DNA of 63,585 bases, filler included, from Bigelowiella natans CCMP2755 (Eukaryota; Protista; Cercozoa), in the NCBI GenBank assembly GCA_000320545.1. It is 4 parts of 4 records of this genome, joined end to end, with 100 filler letters (N's around TTAATTAATTAA, not from the genome) between each part and the next. Parts side by side here need not be neighbours in the genome. Positions count along the whole stretch, not along the records: positions 28,800 to 52,735 come from ADNK01000975.1; positions 52,836 to 62,348 come from ADNK01001705.1; positions 62,449 to 63,585 come from ADNK01002157.1; 1 more part is not named here. One strand, 5' to 3'. The position numbers were made by a program, and so were the translations under genes. Numbering within the stretch: position 1 is the first letter of the stretch; the number at the start of each line of letters is the position of its first letter. The notes under the pieces are model-generated. The model did no database searches, had not been told where the DNA came from, and saw only the letters and a program-made list of their open reading frames with translations. Positions 38,332-63,585 of the stretch are shown in pieces.

Positions 38332-39065
38332 TTAGTTCGTGACTTCCTCATACTCAATATTCGACTTATTATTCTCCTTTGCAGTGTCTAACTCATTTTC
38401 GGCTGGAGCAGGATCATATCCCCACTTTTTGTCATAAACCTCTATTAATCCCCATTTGTCTACATTCAAACGCATGTATCCCTTATACATTCTGATGAAA
38501 GCATTCCGAATAATCAAATCCGCGCCCTCTTTCACCGTCTCGTGTTGCTCTGTATGGAGAAGAGTAACACATTGCGTTCGTCAGAGATGTAACACATTGC
38601 GTCAGCTACACACGTACAGTACAAGTGCATAAACGAGTCCAGGCTAACTACCTTCCGTCCTGCAGGTGAGAATTAGTGACCCAGTTTTGTCTGCAATGGT
38701 CGCTTCTGAGATTTTGGACTAAAGATGTAAAAATCATTTCTCAGTATGATATGGTTATACAAGATGTCACCCCCTAAAAAAAAAGGAAACTAATCATATA
38801 GTAAATGAAGTTTCAATTTCAAATGTCTTAGAGGATCGTATACCACATCCTTTTTAACACAATTTTATCTGCAGTTCGTAAGTAGGTATGGAATTTAATC
38901 ATGCACCTTCGATTCGGGGCGAGCGGGTGGTACGGAAGTAACTTTTACCACTTTAACAATTAAGTTTACTCCCCTATCTTCAGGATTAAGATCAGAGATC
39001 TGTACGAATGTTGGCTTTAGAAGCTTTGCCTCCTCCTTCTTCTCCACAGGCTCTTGTCCATCCAT
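38332..39065 (-). CDS. Small OB-fold nucleic-acid-binding protein (At4g28440-like / SSB-like), 3 exons
   Basis: MDGQEP...LLKPTFVQISDLNPEDRGVNLIVKVV | ISEATIADKTGSLILTCR | KEGADLIIRNAFIRMYKGYMRLNVDKWGLIEV...NNKSNIEYEEV*. Matches the family pattern KPVF.KV..L.P..G..L.VKV / E.LVGD.TG / RNAKI.M.KG.MRL.VDKWG / NN.S..EYE. Confidence 0.88.
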
Positions 39066-39792
39066 TGTTAAAAAATTAGATCTAAGAATACTTTTCAAGG
39101 CAATGAATCTTCGTATATTTTCACTATATCCCGTATTATTTGGTAAAATATCACCAAAGTACCCTACATTTATACATTACAGTATTAAATTATATGTCAT
39201 GTTCGCCTTACGGGAGCTTGCTGTTTTCGCACTTTGTCCTTGTCGCGAGAGTCCTTATCCTTTTTGATTTTTTCCCCTAGTTCTGTGCAAGGCATTCGAG
39301 TTTTTCATGGAAGTTGGCAGGAATATTTTTAGACCGTGAACCAATGCATATGTTGGTGTTGTTGCGAAAACTAAATTGGGACTGACTCCCAAGAAGGAAT
39401 ATCTCTGAAATACTGGGTATATTATTGGACCTTTCCTCAGAGAAGGAGCGTAAAGTAACATAATTTTTAGATATATTTCGCATTGTTTTTCCAAAGTCTC
39501 GAGACATTAAGGAAGCCCCTGCAGCATATAACACGCTGTCGATGCCTGCTCCCCCGGGTGCGTTGTGAGTGCTCGTATTAATGGGTCCGATCGATTTCAT
39601 TTCCCGATTGTAATTTGAGAAGTCTGATGTTCTACCGAGCAAGGAATTGTTTTGGAACGAACCTTGCTTAAACACATGATAAAAAAACTGAGAAAATTAT
39701 GCGGAATCAGGGCGGGTCTCGACAATGCATCGATTCGTGAAAGATGTCCTAGCTGACAAGATTTTGGTCTGGGTGTGAAGTCTAAGATCAAG

Positions 39793-52622
<12,830 letters not shown>

Positions 52623-52735
52623 TAATTGACTAAATGCCTAAATATACACACATATATATAAAGAGTGAGAGAGAGAGAGAGAGAACATATGGTGGATGCA
52701 CACATATAACACGATTGCTGATTTTTTATGCTCGT

Positions 52736-52835
52736 NNNNNNNNNNNNNNNNNNNNNNNNNNNNNNNNNNNNNNNNNNNNTTAATTAATTAANNNNNNNNN
52801 NNNNNNNNNNNNNNNNNNNNNNNNNNNNNNNNNNN
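52736..52835. other. Artificial assembly linker N44-TTAATTAATTAA-N44
   Basis: Same 100-nt structure, with the 12-mer at 52780-52791. Confidence 0.97.
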
Positions 52836-54179
52836 CGGGTGGTACCATTGATGATAGAGTTAGTGCCCATTCGGGCATTGATCATGACGGTATTGGCGAT
52901 GAGAATTCATTGACCCAAAGACCGATGAAGACCGATAAGACAATAACAGCTATGGCAAGTGCCAGGAAGAAGAAGAAGAAGAAGAAGAAGAAGAAGAAGA
53001 AGCAGGAGAATATCGGTAGAAATGCAGCAGCAGCAGCAGCAGCGGATATGAAGAGCGATGTAGCGTTGAAAAGGGAGAAGAGCACCAAGAAAAGGATTCG
53101 GCGGTCGCCGCATCAAACAAGTCTGCGGCAGTGGTTTTCGCCCAAAACTACTCGGTTTTCGATAGGGTCAACAGATTCGTCGTCCTCCTCCTCCTTCGCC
53201 CCCTTCCGCATATCGGCGCCCTCTTCAGAGGCAAGGACCCAGCACCAAAAAACAAGGTATTTGTAGGGAAATTAGGGAAGGGTTAGATGAATGGGGGATT
53301 AGGGGGTGCGGGTGGTGTGAATGTGATTGTGTGATGCTGATGTGTGCACGCGAACACCAGAGAAGCGCCCAGCACTTTGTCCACAACACGCTTGATTTGC
53401 CCAAGCCAACTCCTGCTAACCCTTACGTCTGGTATGTGCTGTTTTCTCCTTCACGACATGGTTGCACGGCATCAGCAGCGGCAGGGGCGGCATCTCTGCT
53501 TCGATAGGAAGCTCTTCTCGCAGCACCAGCTCTGGGATTGGAACCACGGCCAAGAAACGAAGGCGGGCCCCTATAACTACTTCTCTCACAAGAAGTACTG
53601 CTGCGAAGAGCAGAGCGAACGTAAAAGGGGGGGGGGAGAGGACCAGCTCCTCCAGCTGGAAGCAGCGTCTAACTCACCGCAACAGTACTGCCGGCGCTGC
53701 TGCTGCTGCTGCGGCTGCTGCGGCTGCTATACCATCAATAGATACGGCAAGAAGTATAGAGACGAAAATGAAGGTGAAGGAGGCTGCTTTGAAGAAGACC
53801 ACGGTAGCAGCGCTAGTGACACCGAGTAGAAGGCGAAGAGATGATGAACGATCTTGCCAGGAGAAAGATACCGATGATGATGATGATGATGATGTCGACG
53901 ACTACGTGCTTGCAACGACGTCAGTAGATGTGGCGCCGACAACAGAGCCTCATATCACTACCACGAACACCACAGTGAAGCCTACTTCTGTAAGGAAAAG
54001 GAGGAGGAGAAAAGGAAGTGGGTTAGAAGGAAGAGAAGTACTATCATCCTTGACAAGATTGACGAGCAACAATCACAGCAAGAGGGTGGGGATGGTGGTG
54101 GACGTCAAGAAACAAAGGTAAATTAGCATGCTCCGCTTTTACGAAATCCAAACGCACGGCAGCGTCTTTATGCAATGAG

Positions 54180-54210
<31 letters not shown>

Positions 54211-55129
54211 AACACATACACACACACACACACACACACATCCCATCATTTAAGTCACCAATCGCAGTCACTTTTACCTCGTCGTGGTAATAATAACTAG
54301 CCACTTGTAAGATCGAACGCTTCTAACTTAACCGCATTGTCGTGTATTGCCCTAGGGGTCGTTACGCCGCCCCTCCTTTGACCGGCATCATTACCGATTC
54401 GCAAGCCTTTCAAATGCCCGTAGCGACGACCGCGAGAAGGCCTTCCTCAGCCTCCTCCGCAAGTATGATCATTAGCGATTCCCAAGCCTTTGAGGTACCG
54501 ACGACAAGGAGGAAACCATCGGCAACAACGGCAAAACGAGCAGCCTTTTTGGCGAAGCAGAGGTCTTTCCGCTCTCCTTGCCCTTCATCCGCAATGAAGA
54601 TCACGACAAACAATCACGAAATGACTACATCGGCCGGCAGAGGGAGGTAATTTCTCGTCTTTTTTTCCCATATCTCAAAATATATGATAACCCGACCCAA
54701 GGAAAAAAAAAATGCCACAAGTTTCCCAATGAGGAGAGATTGCACCAAACGGTTTCAGAAGCAGCAGAGGACAGACGTATTTGTCCTCTTAAGTGTTGGT
54801 GCGCCATGCCTCTTTTTAGCAGGCATCGCCTCACTTTTTTGTTCTCTGGAAAAAATTCGCGACATTTCGAATCGATGTGTTTTTCAATCGACACTGGCCA
54901 TAACGCAATCGTGTCTTCTTGAAGCCCCCTGCACCATTTCACTGACCGTTCCTCTTCCTCCGCAATCAGCAATCGGTCATCATCGTCATCGATGGATTTG
55001 CGACAGACTACCATGACTCAATGCTTAGACCCGCTGCTTCTCGAAGATCTCTCTGCTGACGATGATATTAATGATTGCAACGAGGACGGTTTGGAAGCCG
55101 CTACAGTAGAGGAAAGCCAGGTTTGGTAG
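52836..55129 (+). CDS. 3' part of an unknown, largely disordered nuclear protein (poly-K, PIP-box-like QTSLRQWF, repeated DSQAF)
   Basis: Open reading segments bounded by GT donors (e.g. 53258, 54118, 54647), ending ...LLLEDLSADDDINDCNEDGLEAATVEESQVW* (55127-55129). No catalytic domain visible. Confidence 0.6.
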
Positions 55130-55134
55130 GCTAC

Positions 55135-56060
55135 GAGATGATAACAACTACTCGGCACACAGCTTCACGATCGTGTAATCTAGCAATGCCCTTCATCACA
55201 TGGCTACAATGATGCATAGCTAGATAGAGTGTATGACATCATACGTTACGCAGTATTATAGCACAGAATACGCATGCTAGCATGATGCAATTGCCGATAT
55301 CGATCTGCATTCACCAAACACGGCTAGACGGGCTAATAATGCTGCAATCTAGCAATGCTACAATGCGGAAGATAGACATCTATGGTAATAGCTAACGGAC
55401 TGTTTTTTGCTAGTTGGTTTGCGCACCTCAACGTGAATGATAGGAACATCAGTATATATCTAGATATGTGGAGGTACACATGTACGTATCTAGATATCTA
55501 GATATGCTAGACGATAATAAATGATGTAGGAGCTCTGACACGCAATGTGCATTATCCATTCATATAATTACATGCTCATGCTAGCATCCGTATGGCTAGC
55601 TAGCTAGATGGCACTAACACTATGATACATACTAGTATACTGCGAGTGTATTGAAATTTGATAAATTTGGCGAGTTGCGCGTAGCGCGCGCATGCACAGT
55701 TAGAGTTACATTAATCCGCGTATCATGTCATGACAAACAACTGCACAAAAACAAGAATACTATACAGCTAGAACTAGAGAACGCTGATTTCCCTGCACAA
55801 GCGTGTTGTACATCATTAAATAACCGAATGATTGATATTGTTTCAAATCCAACTTCTGATCGATTGTAGACGCGCATGCTCTTATGTGGCGAATGTCAAA
55901 CACTATACAATACTAGAATACGAACGCCCCATGAGTCCACTCTATCTTCTATGTTCATGGTGTACAGGTGCGCCTTCGCCTTTGATCACATTTGTGGTCG
56001 ATGCACTTTGTGCAAACGTGTCGTCTTGTTGTCTAGATGGGAGGAAGCTAGGAGTCAACC
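55135..56060. repeat. CTAG/CATG-rich degenerate tract in convergent spacer 5
   Basis: catgctagcatg (55273-55284), tatctagatatctagatatgctaga (~55487-55510), gctagctagctag (~55596); no coding signal. Confidence 0.6.
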
Positions 56061-56413
56061 AAGGTCATGATATCTTTCACAAGTTTGAACAATTGTAACG
56101 TCGATCACCTGTGATTTTTCACACTTTGTCCGCTGGATTACCGCGCCGCAGCTGAAACACAACACATGCAAACAACTACACAGCGAGCCTGTGCATATCA
56201 ACACGCAACAATGTTAATATCATTGTCATTATTATTGATATTATTATCAATTCGCTTTTCTATTTGTTCAAGGGTTTACATTGAATCATTGAAGACGATT
56301 CCAGTTTAAGGATACTAGAGCTGTTTGAAATAAAATGCAAGAGTTTCTTTTAGGGTTGGAGGGGAAATGTATTATTCGAGTCCTACCTTTTGCAGCCGGA
56401 GCAATGAGAATCT

Positions 56414-56903
56414 CTATGTAAAGCGCATCTTCGTTCGTCTGCCTCCGATAGGAATGGAGCCTCGCAAACCTATCAAATGGGCCGTCATCGGTATCTTAAA
56501 AGGAATGCATGGTTTGATTATTATAAGGAAGGACCTCGCAAAATCGAGATCTTGCTCCACATTTCTTGCACAGAAGCTCATCATCCTCAATATCGTGAAG
56601 GCTGGAGGGCCTGTGTTGGCATTGACTACATATAAGCTTGTTGAGCCCCGACGAAGTGCTCAGTAATGTAGCTTTTAGCTTTTCCGTGATGCAATCAATG
56701 CTCCTTAACAACTCTCTATCAGTCTGAGTGCTTCGACGATCCTCATTGTAGCAGTATACTCTAGTTTTCTTCTCTCTACTTTGATGGGGGTCGGCCCGCT
56801 CCCCCCTCCGATCTGCTACAGCCATGCTATTTGTAGATGAGCTGCTCAAATCCCTGCTAGGACAGTGCGAAGTTTTTCTCAGCTTCTTACGAACACCGCT
56901 CAT
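56414..56903 (-). CDS. Hypothetical small protein with a C-terminal Cys cluster (CxxC-x13-CxxC Zn ribbon-like)
   Basis: ORF MSGVRKKLRK...LICSQCQHRPSSLHDIEDDELLCKKCGARSRFCE with AAAATG start context. 3' exon structure is ambiguous (stop between ~56260 and 56496). Confidence 0.5.
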
Positions 56904-57459
56904 TTTAAGTATCTATGTGCCTTTTACTCCGAATGGGGTGGGGGGGAGGGAAGGGCTTCTTCGTCTTGATGAAATGAGATTTTCCCGCCAAGGCTCCGTC
57001 AATGTGGCTCTATTTCCCCACATTTTCCGGCCCCTTTCCTTGTCGCAGATGCTGGAAAGCACTCCATTTCTCACTCTGCAATGAGGAGACTAATGTCGGA
57101 AGCACGGTGTAGGACACATGTAATTGTGAAAAATGCCCTGCGTTTCTGCATTGAGCGTGACGTTTTTGGCGAGTTTTTAAGGTTTTTTTTGCGACTACAG
57201 CGTTCCGACAAAAGCAAAAGAAACAGTGGCGACCACCCCCATCCCCATCGCCAACTTGCGACCGAAGAGGAGAAACGTAATAGATCAGAGCCGAATACCG
57301 TCCACTCCAATATCCGTATGTGCTTAAATGGCAATGAGCCGTGACCGTTTTGAAGGGTTCAGAATGTGGAGATCGATGCTGTGCTACTGTGCTATCACCC
57401 TGCTGCTCCAGCCTCTTTGTGCAGAGCGGCCTCCAGTCGCCTCACCATTCCGAGTGGGC

Positions 57460-59341
57460 ATGCGACGGACGTTCTCTACACCTCATGGGAACCTGCACCA
57501 CAATACAGTTCTGAAGCGTCTAAGACTGCTGTCATCTGCGGCTAGATCGCCGCCTTTGGCTGGATCGGTAGGTTGCTAAGTTCCTGAGAGAGCAATGTCT
57601 CTTATCTATATCAAATGGTTTCGTGAACATTAATTTCGAGGTGAGATAGTCTCCCATTCTCTCCATGAATACCGTGACGTGATCAGACGCGTGTTGTTTC
57701 CTGTGCGCAGGCATCATCCTCATCGTCTTCTCCCCCTCCTTCACCGAGCGATTTCCCGACTCTTGATCCTTCTGTGACAGTGGAGCTCAAAGATCCGTAT
57801 AAGCTGTATAAACAGCTGGTACTTAGATACCGCTTTTCCCTCCCCTATACTGTTGGCTGCTGTGTTCGAAGATTCTACCTAACCTTTCTGCCCATTCCTG
57901 AAACAACAAGAAGTAGAGGGCAGACTTATCCCCCCTCCCTGGGTGCTTATTCAACGTCCTCTTCCATGATTCTTCTCTCCTTTCTCAAAGGCCTTCTGTG
58001 ACGACGCTACTATCGCTGGGGCTATTTCGAGGAGCCTAGACATCATGCTACAGGTAAGGGAGGAGTGCAGTTCCACTTGCAGTAGTAGTAGCAGCATCAA
58101 TAGCAACGTAGTCAAATTATCTCCTCGTTATTACAGGCCCCTCTCCCTCTCTCTTGCTGTGCCCTTAACGTTCCCTTTAGGCATTCCGACTGTACGGCCC
58201 CGAGGGCGTGATCGTGTCCTTCAACGGCGGGAAGGTCACGTTATAGTGTACGGCATTGGGAAAGAGAGAGCAGAGGGGGGGGGGGGGGTCTTAGAAGAGA
58301 GTGGTAGATTGGGTGAATCAAAGAAGAAACCATCATCATTCTATATGTACAAGTACAAAAGCAAGGTATTATGTACTGTTCTTGCCAAAATCACGTTCTT
58401 TCACCTACGTACCACCCCATGTATATAGCCTCACTGTGATCATATAAAGGACGCCGTTGTTGTGATGCACCTTGCGCGAGCTGCCTTGGCCAAATACAAA
58501 CGAGACCGCGCGAAAGAAGAAAAGGGGGCGGAGAAGGAGGAGGAGGAGGAGGAGGAGGACGAGCGTCTTCGCGTGATATACTTTCTATCCGAGAAGAATG
58601 AATTTCCAGAGGTGCGTGTGGTAAAGAATACTGTACTATTACAATACAACAAAAGACTCTTTCCCATACCACCACATCACATCATCTGCCCCCTCTCCCC
58701 TCCCCCCCTCACGATTTTCCCATTTGCCAACGTAGGTGAGGAACTTCGTCCAAGAACAAGTCGACCGCTACAGTCTCAACATCCAAACGTACATATATAT
58801 TAATATATATATATATATATATATAATATAACATATATATCAAAGAGCCAATCTAATAATCTATCGCTGTCATTGCTGCTGCTGCTGCTGCCGCTTCTTC
58901 AGTTGATAACACACATGCATGTCCACGGTCCCCTCCCCCCCCCCCTCCCCCGGCAGGCACTGCACAGACTTCGTCTCGGGGTTGACATCTTGTATCGATG
59001 AGGAGCAAAAGAAGGTTAAGCTGTAACAGTAGTAGTAGTAGTAGTAGTAGTAGAGGTATATATTTATACACTTGCTCATATCGTACAGATCGATGCTAGC
59101 GCCTCCTCCCCCTCCGCGAACAAGAAGACAGTACACTTGGGCTTTGTCCTTGGGACAAGAAAGGTACGGTGCTACTCGGCGATGATGGATGGCAATGATG
59201 AACATGATGATGATGATTATGGTGATAACGGCAATGGAGATGTTTGCCAATGATGATGACGACTACCATGGCGACGACGGTGAAAGCATAGCAATTGAAA
59301 AGCAAGAGCTTTGCAGGAATAGACTATTGATAATCTATATA

Positions 59342-59372
<31 letters not shown>

Positions 59373-59705
59373 TAAATATATATATATATTTTAATACACC
59401 GTGTATTTGCAACAATAGGGAGACCCAAATTGCGGAGATCAGAGGTACTTCGAGCCATCGTCCACATGGCTGCCCCCCTTCATGAGAATCAACCCCATTC
59501 TAGACTGGGATTATGGCCAGGTGTGCTGCTGCTGCTGCTGCTGTCTCATGTTGCTAATTCTACCATCCTCGTCATCATCCTCGTCATCATCCTCGTCATT
59601 GTCACCATCATCCTCATCATCGGCACCACCATTATCACCACCATTATCATCATTATCATCATCATTATCATCATCATCATCATTATCATCATCATTACCA
59701 CCATT

Positions 59706-59739
<34 letters not shown>

Positions 59740-61410
59740 ACATTATCATCATCACGTGTGCTCAGATTTGGCGTTTTTTGCTCTGGCCTGGAATCGAGTA
59801 CCCATCCCTATACGACAACTGGTAGTAGTGGGAGAAGGAGCACCAGCAGCGCCAGCAGTAGTGGTAATAGTTGGCTCTCTTCTTTTTTTTCTCCGCCTAA
59901 CCTCTTCCCCCCCCCCCTCAATGGTACTACAACCACAAATGTCTAGATACACATCAATAGGAGGAATGCGAGACTCCTGGAGGAATCCCCACCTCAAAAA
60001 GCCAGACGACTCCTATTTTCCAGCGCACATGCTCTCCGATTGGTCACTTGAGCGAGCGGTAGTACGCTGAATCGACGACGTCATTTTTTATGATGATGCC
60101 TCTTGTGAGAGAGGGGGGGGGGGGGGGGAGGCACGATCACGACGACGACGAAAAACGGCAATGATGATGATTATGATGATGCTAGTTTCCGGTTGATGTA
60201 TGTGGAAGAAGTGAGAGCCGGCGAAAAATCATGTGAACGGTGTGCAGATAAGGATTATACATGTCATACATAATATAAATATATATTGATATTATATTAT
60301 ATTGTTATTCCAGGGCCGGTCAAAGCGGCAAAGGAGCTCAGTAGACTGCGAGTTGGAAGCTGGCGCAGATGACCAAAGGTATGAATAACGGAGGGTATCC
60401 CCCACCCATCCATTTGTTCCTTCATCACCTTGTTGGAGAGTGAGAGTCCTGCTTGTAAACAACTTGCAATCCTGATTACTTTCTTGATTGAATCTCATCA
60501 ACGTTGTCGCAACCCTCGTTATAAACCTCATCACTCTTGTAGTAAAGCTTGTTTTGCTCATTGTTTCCTCTCCCACCCCCTTTTGCCTCTACCCCCCCCC
60601 CTCCCTCCCCTCCCCCCTTCTTCCTCTCTCCCTTCTCATATGGTATTATTCAGATTAGGTAGCGAGATAAAAACCGCTGGCCTATCGTTGTAGGTAACGA
60701 GATCCTTAAAGGTGCGCTCACTCCTCCCCCCCCTCCTCCTCCTCCTCCTCCTCCTCAAGGACTCTGTCTTTGTGAATACAAGATGAAGAGAGACCTTGGT
60801 GGAAGTCGTTATCACTCTCCATCTCCTCCGCTAGCATAATGTTCATCAGATGTTTTGCAAAATGAGCCCCTTCTAATTACGAACAAAAATTGTCTTTTGG
60901 GGGGGGCGGGGGGGTACACGCAATACAGGGATGACGCCTGACACCAACACGCCTTTCGCGGTAGTACTGTGACAAATCTCATTGTCCTTTCAGAGTTAAA
61001 TAATGCTTAAATTTTCATTATCATCATCATCGTTATCACCATTATCATCATCATCCTTATTGTTGTCTTGTTAATCATCATCTTCTTCTTCTTCTTCTTC
61101 TTCTTCTTCTTCATCATCTTCTTCTTCATCATCACCGTCATCATCGTCGTCCTGTCGTGTATCATCGAATCATTTTCCTCTCACTCTCCCTATGCGGAGC
61201 ACTCACCAACAAATACCTGATGACGATGAAAAAATGATGACCATCAACGTGTCGCCCAACATCAAGATGGCCCTGCTCAAGCAAAACGGTGTCGCTCTCA
61301 AACGCGTCTCGGTAGTGCTGCTATGATTTTACGATATTGGGCCAGCTTCTAATTGATGAAGAGAGCGCCAGGGGAGGGAGCTAAAGTGAAAGCAGGGAGA
61401 AAGGATAAAG

Positions 61411-61461
<51 letters not shown>

Positions 61462-61574
61462 TCACCCAGACCTCAATCTTAGCACTGCTATTGATTGAGT
61501 CCGACTTAGTTCTATCTGATGTATGCGTCCATACTTGCAAAGTTTGCTCCCAAGCTCGTTTGACCTTGCCAAAG

Positions 61575-61608
<34 letters not shown>

Positions 61609-61962
61609 AAGCATTGTCGCCATCATCATCATCATCATGACCGTCGTTATCCCTCCCCCCCCTCTCCCCTCCCCGTTGTTGCTGTCTATCTACCATGAAA
61701 GCTTATCTCCGACAAAGAGGACGACATCGTAGATGAGATACGACGCCAAGTGTCTGCATGCGACGTTGTCATCACATCGGGTAGACGAACCACGGTGTGC
61801 TGCGTTGCTGGGCTTCTCTCTTCCTTCCTGCATCTTTTTGTTGTGTGCGAGCCGGGTGCTAGTAGTCGTCGTCGTCGTCGCCGTAGCATTTCCCCCCCGT
61901 GTTTTTTTTGGCTCACTTCCAGCGACGAACGAAGGCGCGATCGCCACCAATGTGTATCATCG

Positions 61963-61993
<31 letters not shown>

Positions 61994-62240
61994 CCATCAT
62001 CATCATTATCATCATCACCATACCATCATTATCATTTCACCACTATCATCACCACCACCATCATCACCATCATCGCCGCGACAATGATCCTTGCTTCTCT
62101 TCTTCTTCTTCTGACATGTGCGGGCAATCAATACAACAACACAGGAGGGTTAGGCCCCACTCACGACGACGTGACCCTTTATGCAGTCGCTCGAGCCCTC
62201 GGTAGGAGCATCAGCAGCAGTGTTCTTTTGCAGCAGTAGC
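57460..62240 (+). CDS. FLAD1: Bifunctional FAD synthase: PAPS-reductase-like FADS domain followed by MoCF_biosynth/CinA-like domain; 3'-truncated; two apparent lesions
   Basis: LYGPEGVIVSFNGGK|DAVVVMHL, VIYF..KNEFPE|VRNFV, LGTRK|GDP, PFMRINPILDWDYGQ|IWRFL..YPSLYD|.YTSIG, RNPHL, PAHML..ERA|GR; then IVVGNEILK|G..PDTN, LLKQNGV, GGLGPTHDDVT. Putative mitochondrial leader MRRTFSTPHGNLHHNTVLKRLRLLSSAARS from 57460; an upstream start (57081) is possible. Confidence 0.92.
59546..59755. repeat. Compound (ATC/CAT)n microsatellite inside an FADS intron; representative of dozens of (CA)n, (TA)n, (GA)n, (CAT)n, (CTA)n arrays in this window
   Basis: Seen directly. Other examples: 40-200 (CTA), 372-405 (CA), 20195-20245 (TA), 61950-62075 (CAT/CAC). 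Confidence 0.95.
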
Positions 62241-62348
62241 AGCGCAAAAGATTTATGATTATATCATGTGTGTGTGATCCCCGTGCCCCTATTCGCCTCG
62301 TAGGTTGAAATCATGTGCTCACGAGAGGCAATCAATATATGTATAATC

Positions 62349-62448
62349 NNNNNNNNNNNNNNNNNNNNNNNNNNNNNNNNNNNNNNNNNNNNTTAATTAA
62401 TTAANNNNNNNNNNNNNNNNNNNNNNNNNNNNNNNNNNNNNNNNNNNN
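62349..62448. other. Artificial assembly linker N44-TTAATTAATTAA-N44
   Basis: Same 100-nt structure, with the 12-mer at 62393-62404. Confidence 0.97.
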
Positions 62449-63193
62449 CCTTTTCCCCCTTGAAGGGGTACAAAATTAGGGTTTCCGGTTCCCCCCCCCC
62501 CCCCCCCCCCCTCTTCCGTTGCGTCTCTCACCAACCTTGAAGGCAGTAAGAGTCGTCGCGTAGGTACTGGATTTGTAGAACTTGTATACGGACTCCAGCT
62601 GGAAGCTCTCCCTCGTGACCTCGAATGTGTGCTTTCGCAGGGCACGCTCTAGCTCCACGCTAACGGGAGACTCCTCTGTGAGGAATGGAAAGCCGCGCGG
62701 GCTTGATCCCATGAAGCTTGCCCAAGAGGCCAGGAAGGCTTGGTTGACGCTGTGCGAGTGGCTGACGATGTTCAGGTATTGCTCGGGCCTACGACGATTA
62801 ACAAGCAAGCCAAAACAAAACAGACAGCGTGTCATGATTCCGTCATCTGCAGCGTTGCATCCTAAGGGCCTTCTTCTTCTTCTTCCTCCTCCTCCTCCTC
62901 CTTCTCCTCTGCCTCCCATCATTGGTAGCCACTATCATTATCATTATTGTGTTTCCGAGGAAAAATAACGTACTCAATGCACCTACCCACTCTAGATACC
63001 AGAGTATTGATGGGTGGCGGGAGAGGGATGGTGAAGGAAGACCATCACCACTACCACCACTACTACTCTGCTACTTCTCTTTCTTCTTCTTCTTCTACTA
63101 CTACTACTACTACTACTACTTTTCATATATGAAACGTGCGAGCGCCTCAACGATGATCTTGATGTTTCGTCCAAGAACCTATTTCATGTTGCA

Positions 63194-63234
<41 letters not shown>

Positions 63235-63560
63235 GACAGAGAGAGAGAAAGAGTTGAAGGGAGAGAACCTTTTTAAGCTGCTAACAACTGATCTATCAAC
63301 CTTCTACTTCTTAAATCGCCGTATCTATCATCGCTTCATACGCTCAATGCAAATATATGAATAAATCACACAGCGTCCTTATCCCTCGCCCCCCCTCCCC
63401 TCTCCCCTCCTCCTCCTCCTCCTTTTCCTACTGATACTACAAGCAAAATTACCTCTAGCGATGTTAGCTTGAATTGGTCAAATATGGACCCTCCTGAGAA
63501 AAGGGGCTTTGCCTCCCGGTAGTTGCAGACCGTCACTGCCGTGATACGCTTCTTGGTGAA
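62449..63560 (-). CDS. NCLN: Nicalin (M28-like ER translocon BOS-complex subunit), internal fragment
   Basis: Exons 63560-63453 FTKKRITAVTV...GGSIFD and 63178-63136 VLGRNIKIIVEALA parallel nicalin F..RR.PA.TL...SSI.D...L.RN.KII.EAL. Downstream WASFMGSSPR...ELERALRKHTFEV...YKFY...TLTAFK parallels W....PR...LE..L......F.FY......A..VK. Confidence 0.8.
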
Positions 63561-63585
63561 CTATAAGCGAAAGGGAAAGGAAGGG

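Noticed and set aside
38145-38605. Short direct repeats (acggagaccgt twice near 38167-38200; gtaacacattgcgt twice near 38564-38603) as CRISPR-like or element ends
   Set aside because: Only two copies each with no spacer array; local tandem duplications.
39195-39700. Possible small gene (132-codon minus ORF 39277-39675, or plus-strand exons) between the OB and BEACH genes
   Set aside because: No consistent splice model or recognisable motif; may be ordinary divergent intergenic DNA.

Overview
Eukaryotic nuclear DNA: intron-dense (GT-AG), microsatellite-rich, in four sequence blocks joined by artificial 100-nt N44-TTAATTAATTAA-N44 linkers. A nucleus-encoded petN with a signal-peptide plus transit-peptide leader suggests an alga with a secondary green plastid, most likely a chlorarachniophyte (inference). 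Genes reconstructed by manual splicing, most missed by the ORF track: phospholipase B-like with a C-terminal TM anchor (+), VPS13 with accessory domains (-), SmE (-), petN (+), a leader-bearing RusA-family resolvase with exon-encoded repeats (-), TFIIIC subunit GTF3C3 (+), At4g28440-like OB-fold protein (-), neurobeachin-like BEACH protein (+), an unknown PIP-box protein (+), a small Zn-ribbon protein (-), bifunctional FAD synthase (+, two apparent lesions) and nicalin (-). Best candidates for something new: (1) an intron-rich, organelle-targeted RusA-like resolvase with an LRGG motif and 72-nt repeat exons; (2) 0.6-1.3 kb CTAG/CATG/TGCA-palindrome-rich tracts found only behind gene 3' ends, containing homologous decayed repeat copies with a polarised CpA>TpA (RIP-like) signature and short palindromic insertions. 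All family calls come from recognised motifs; no database search was run.
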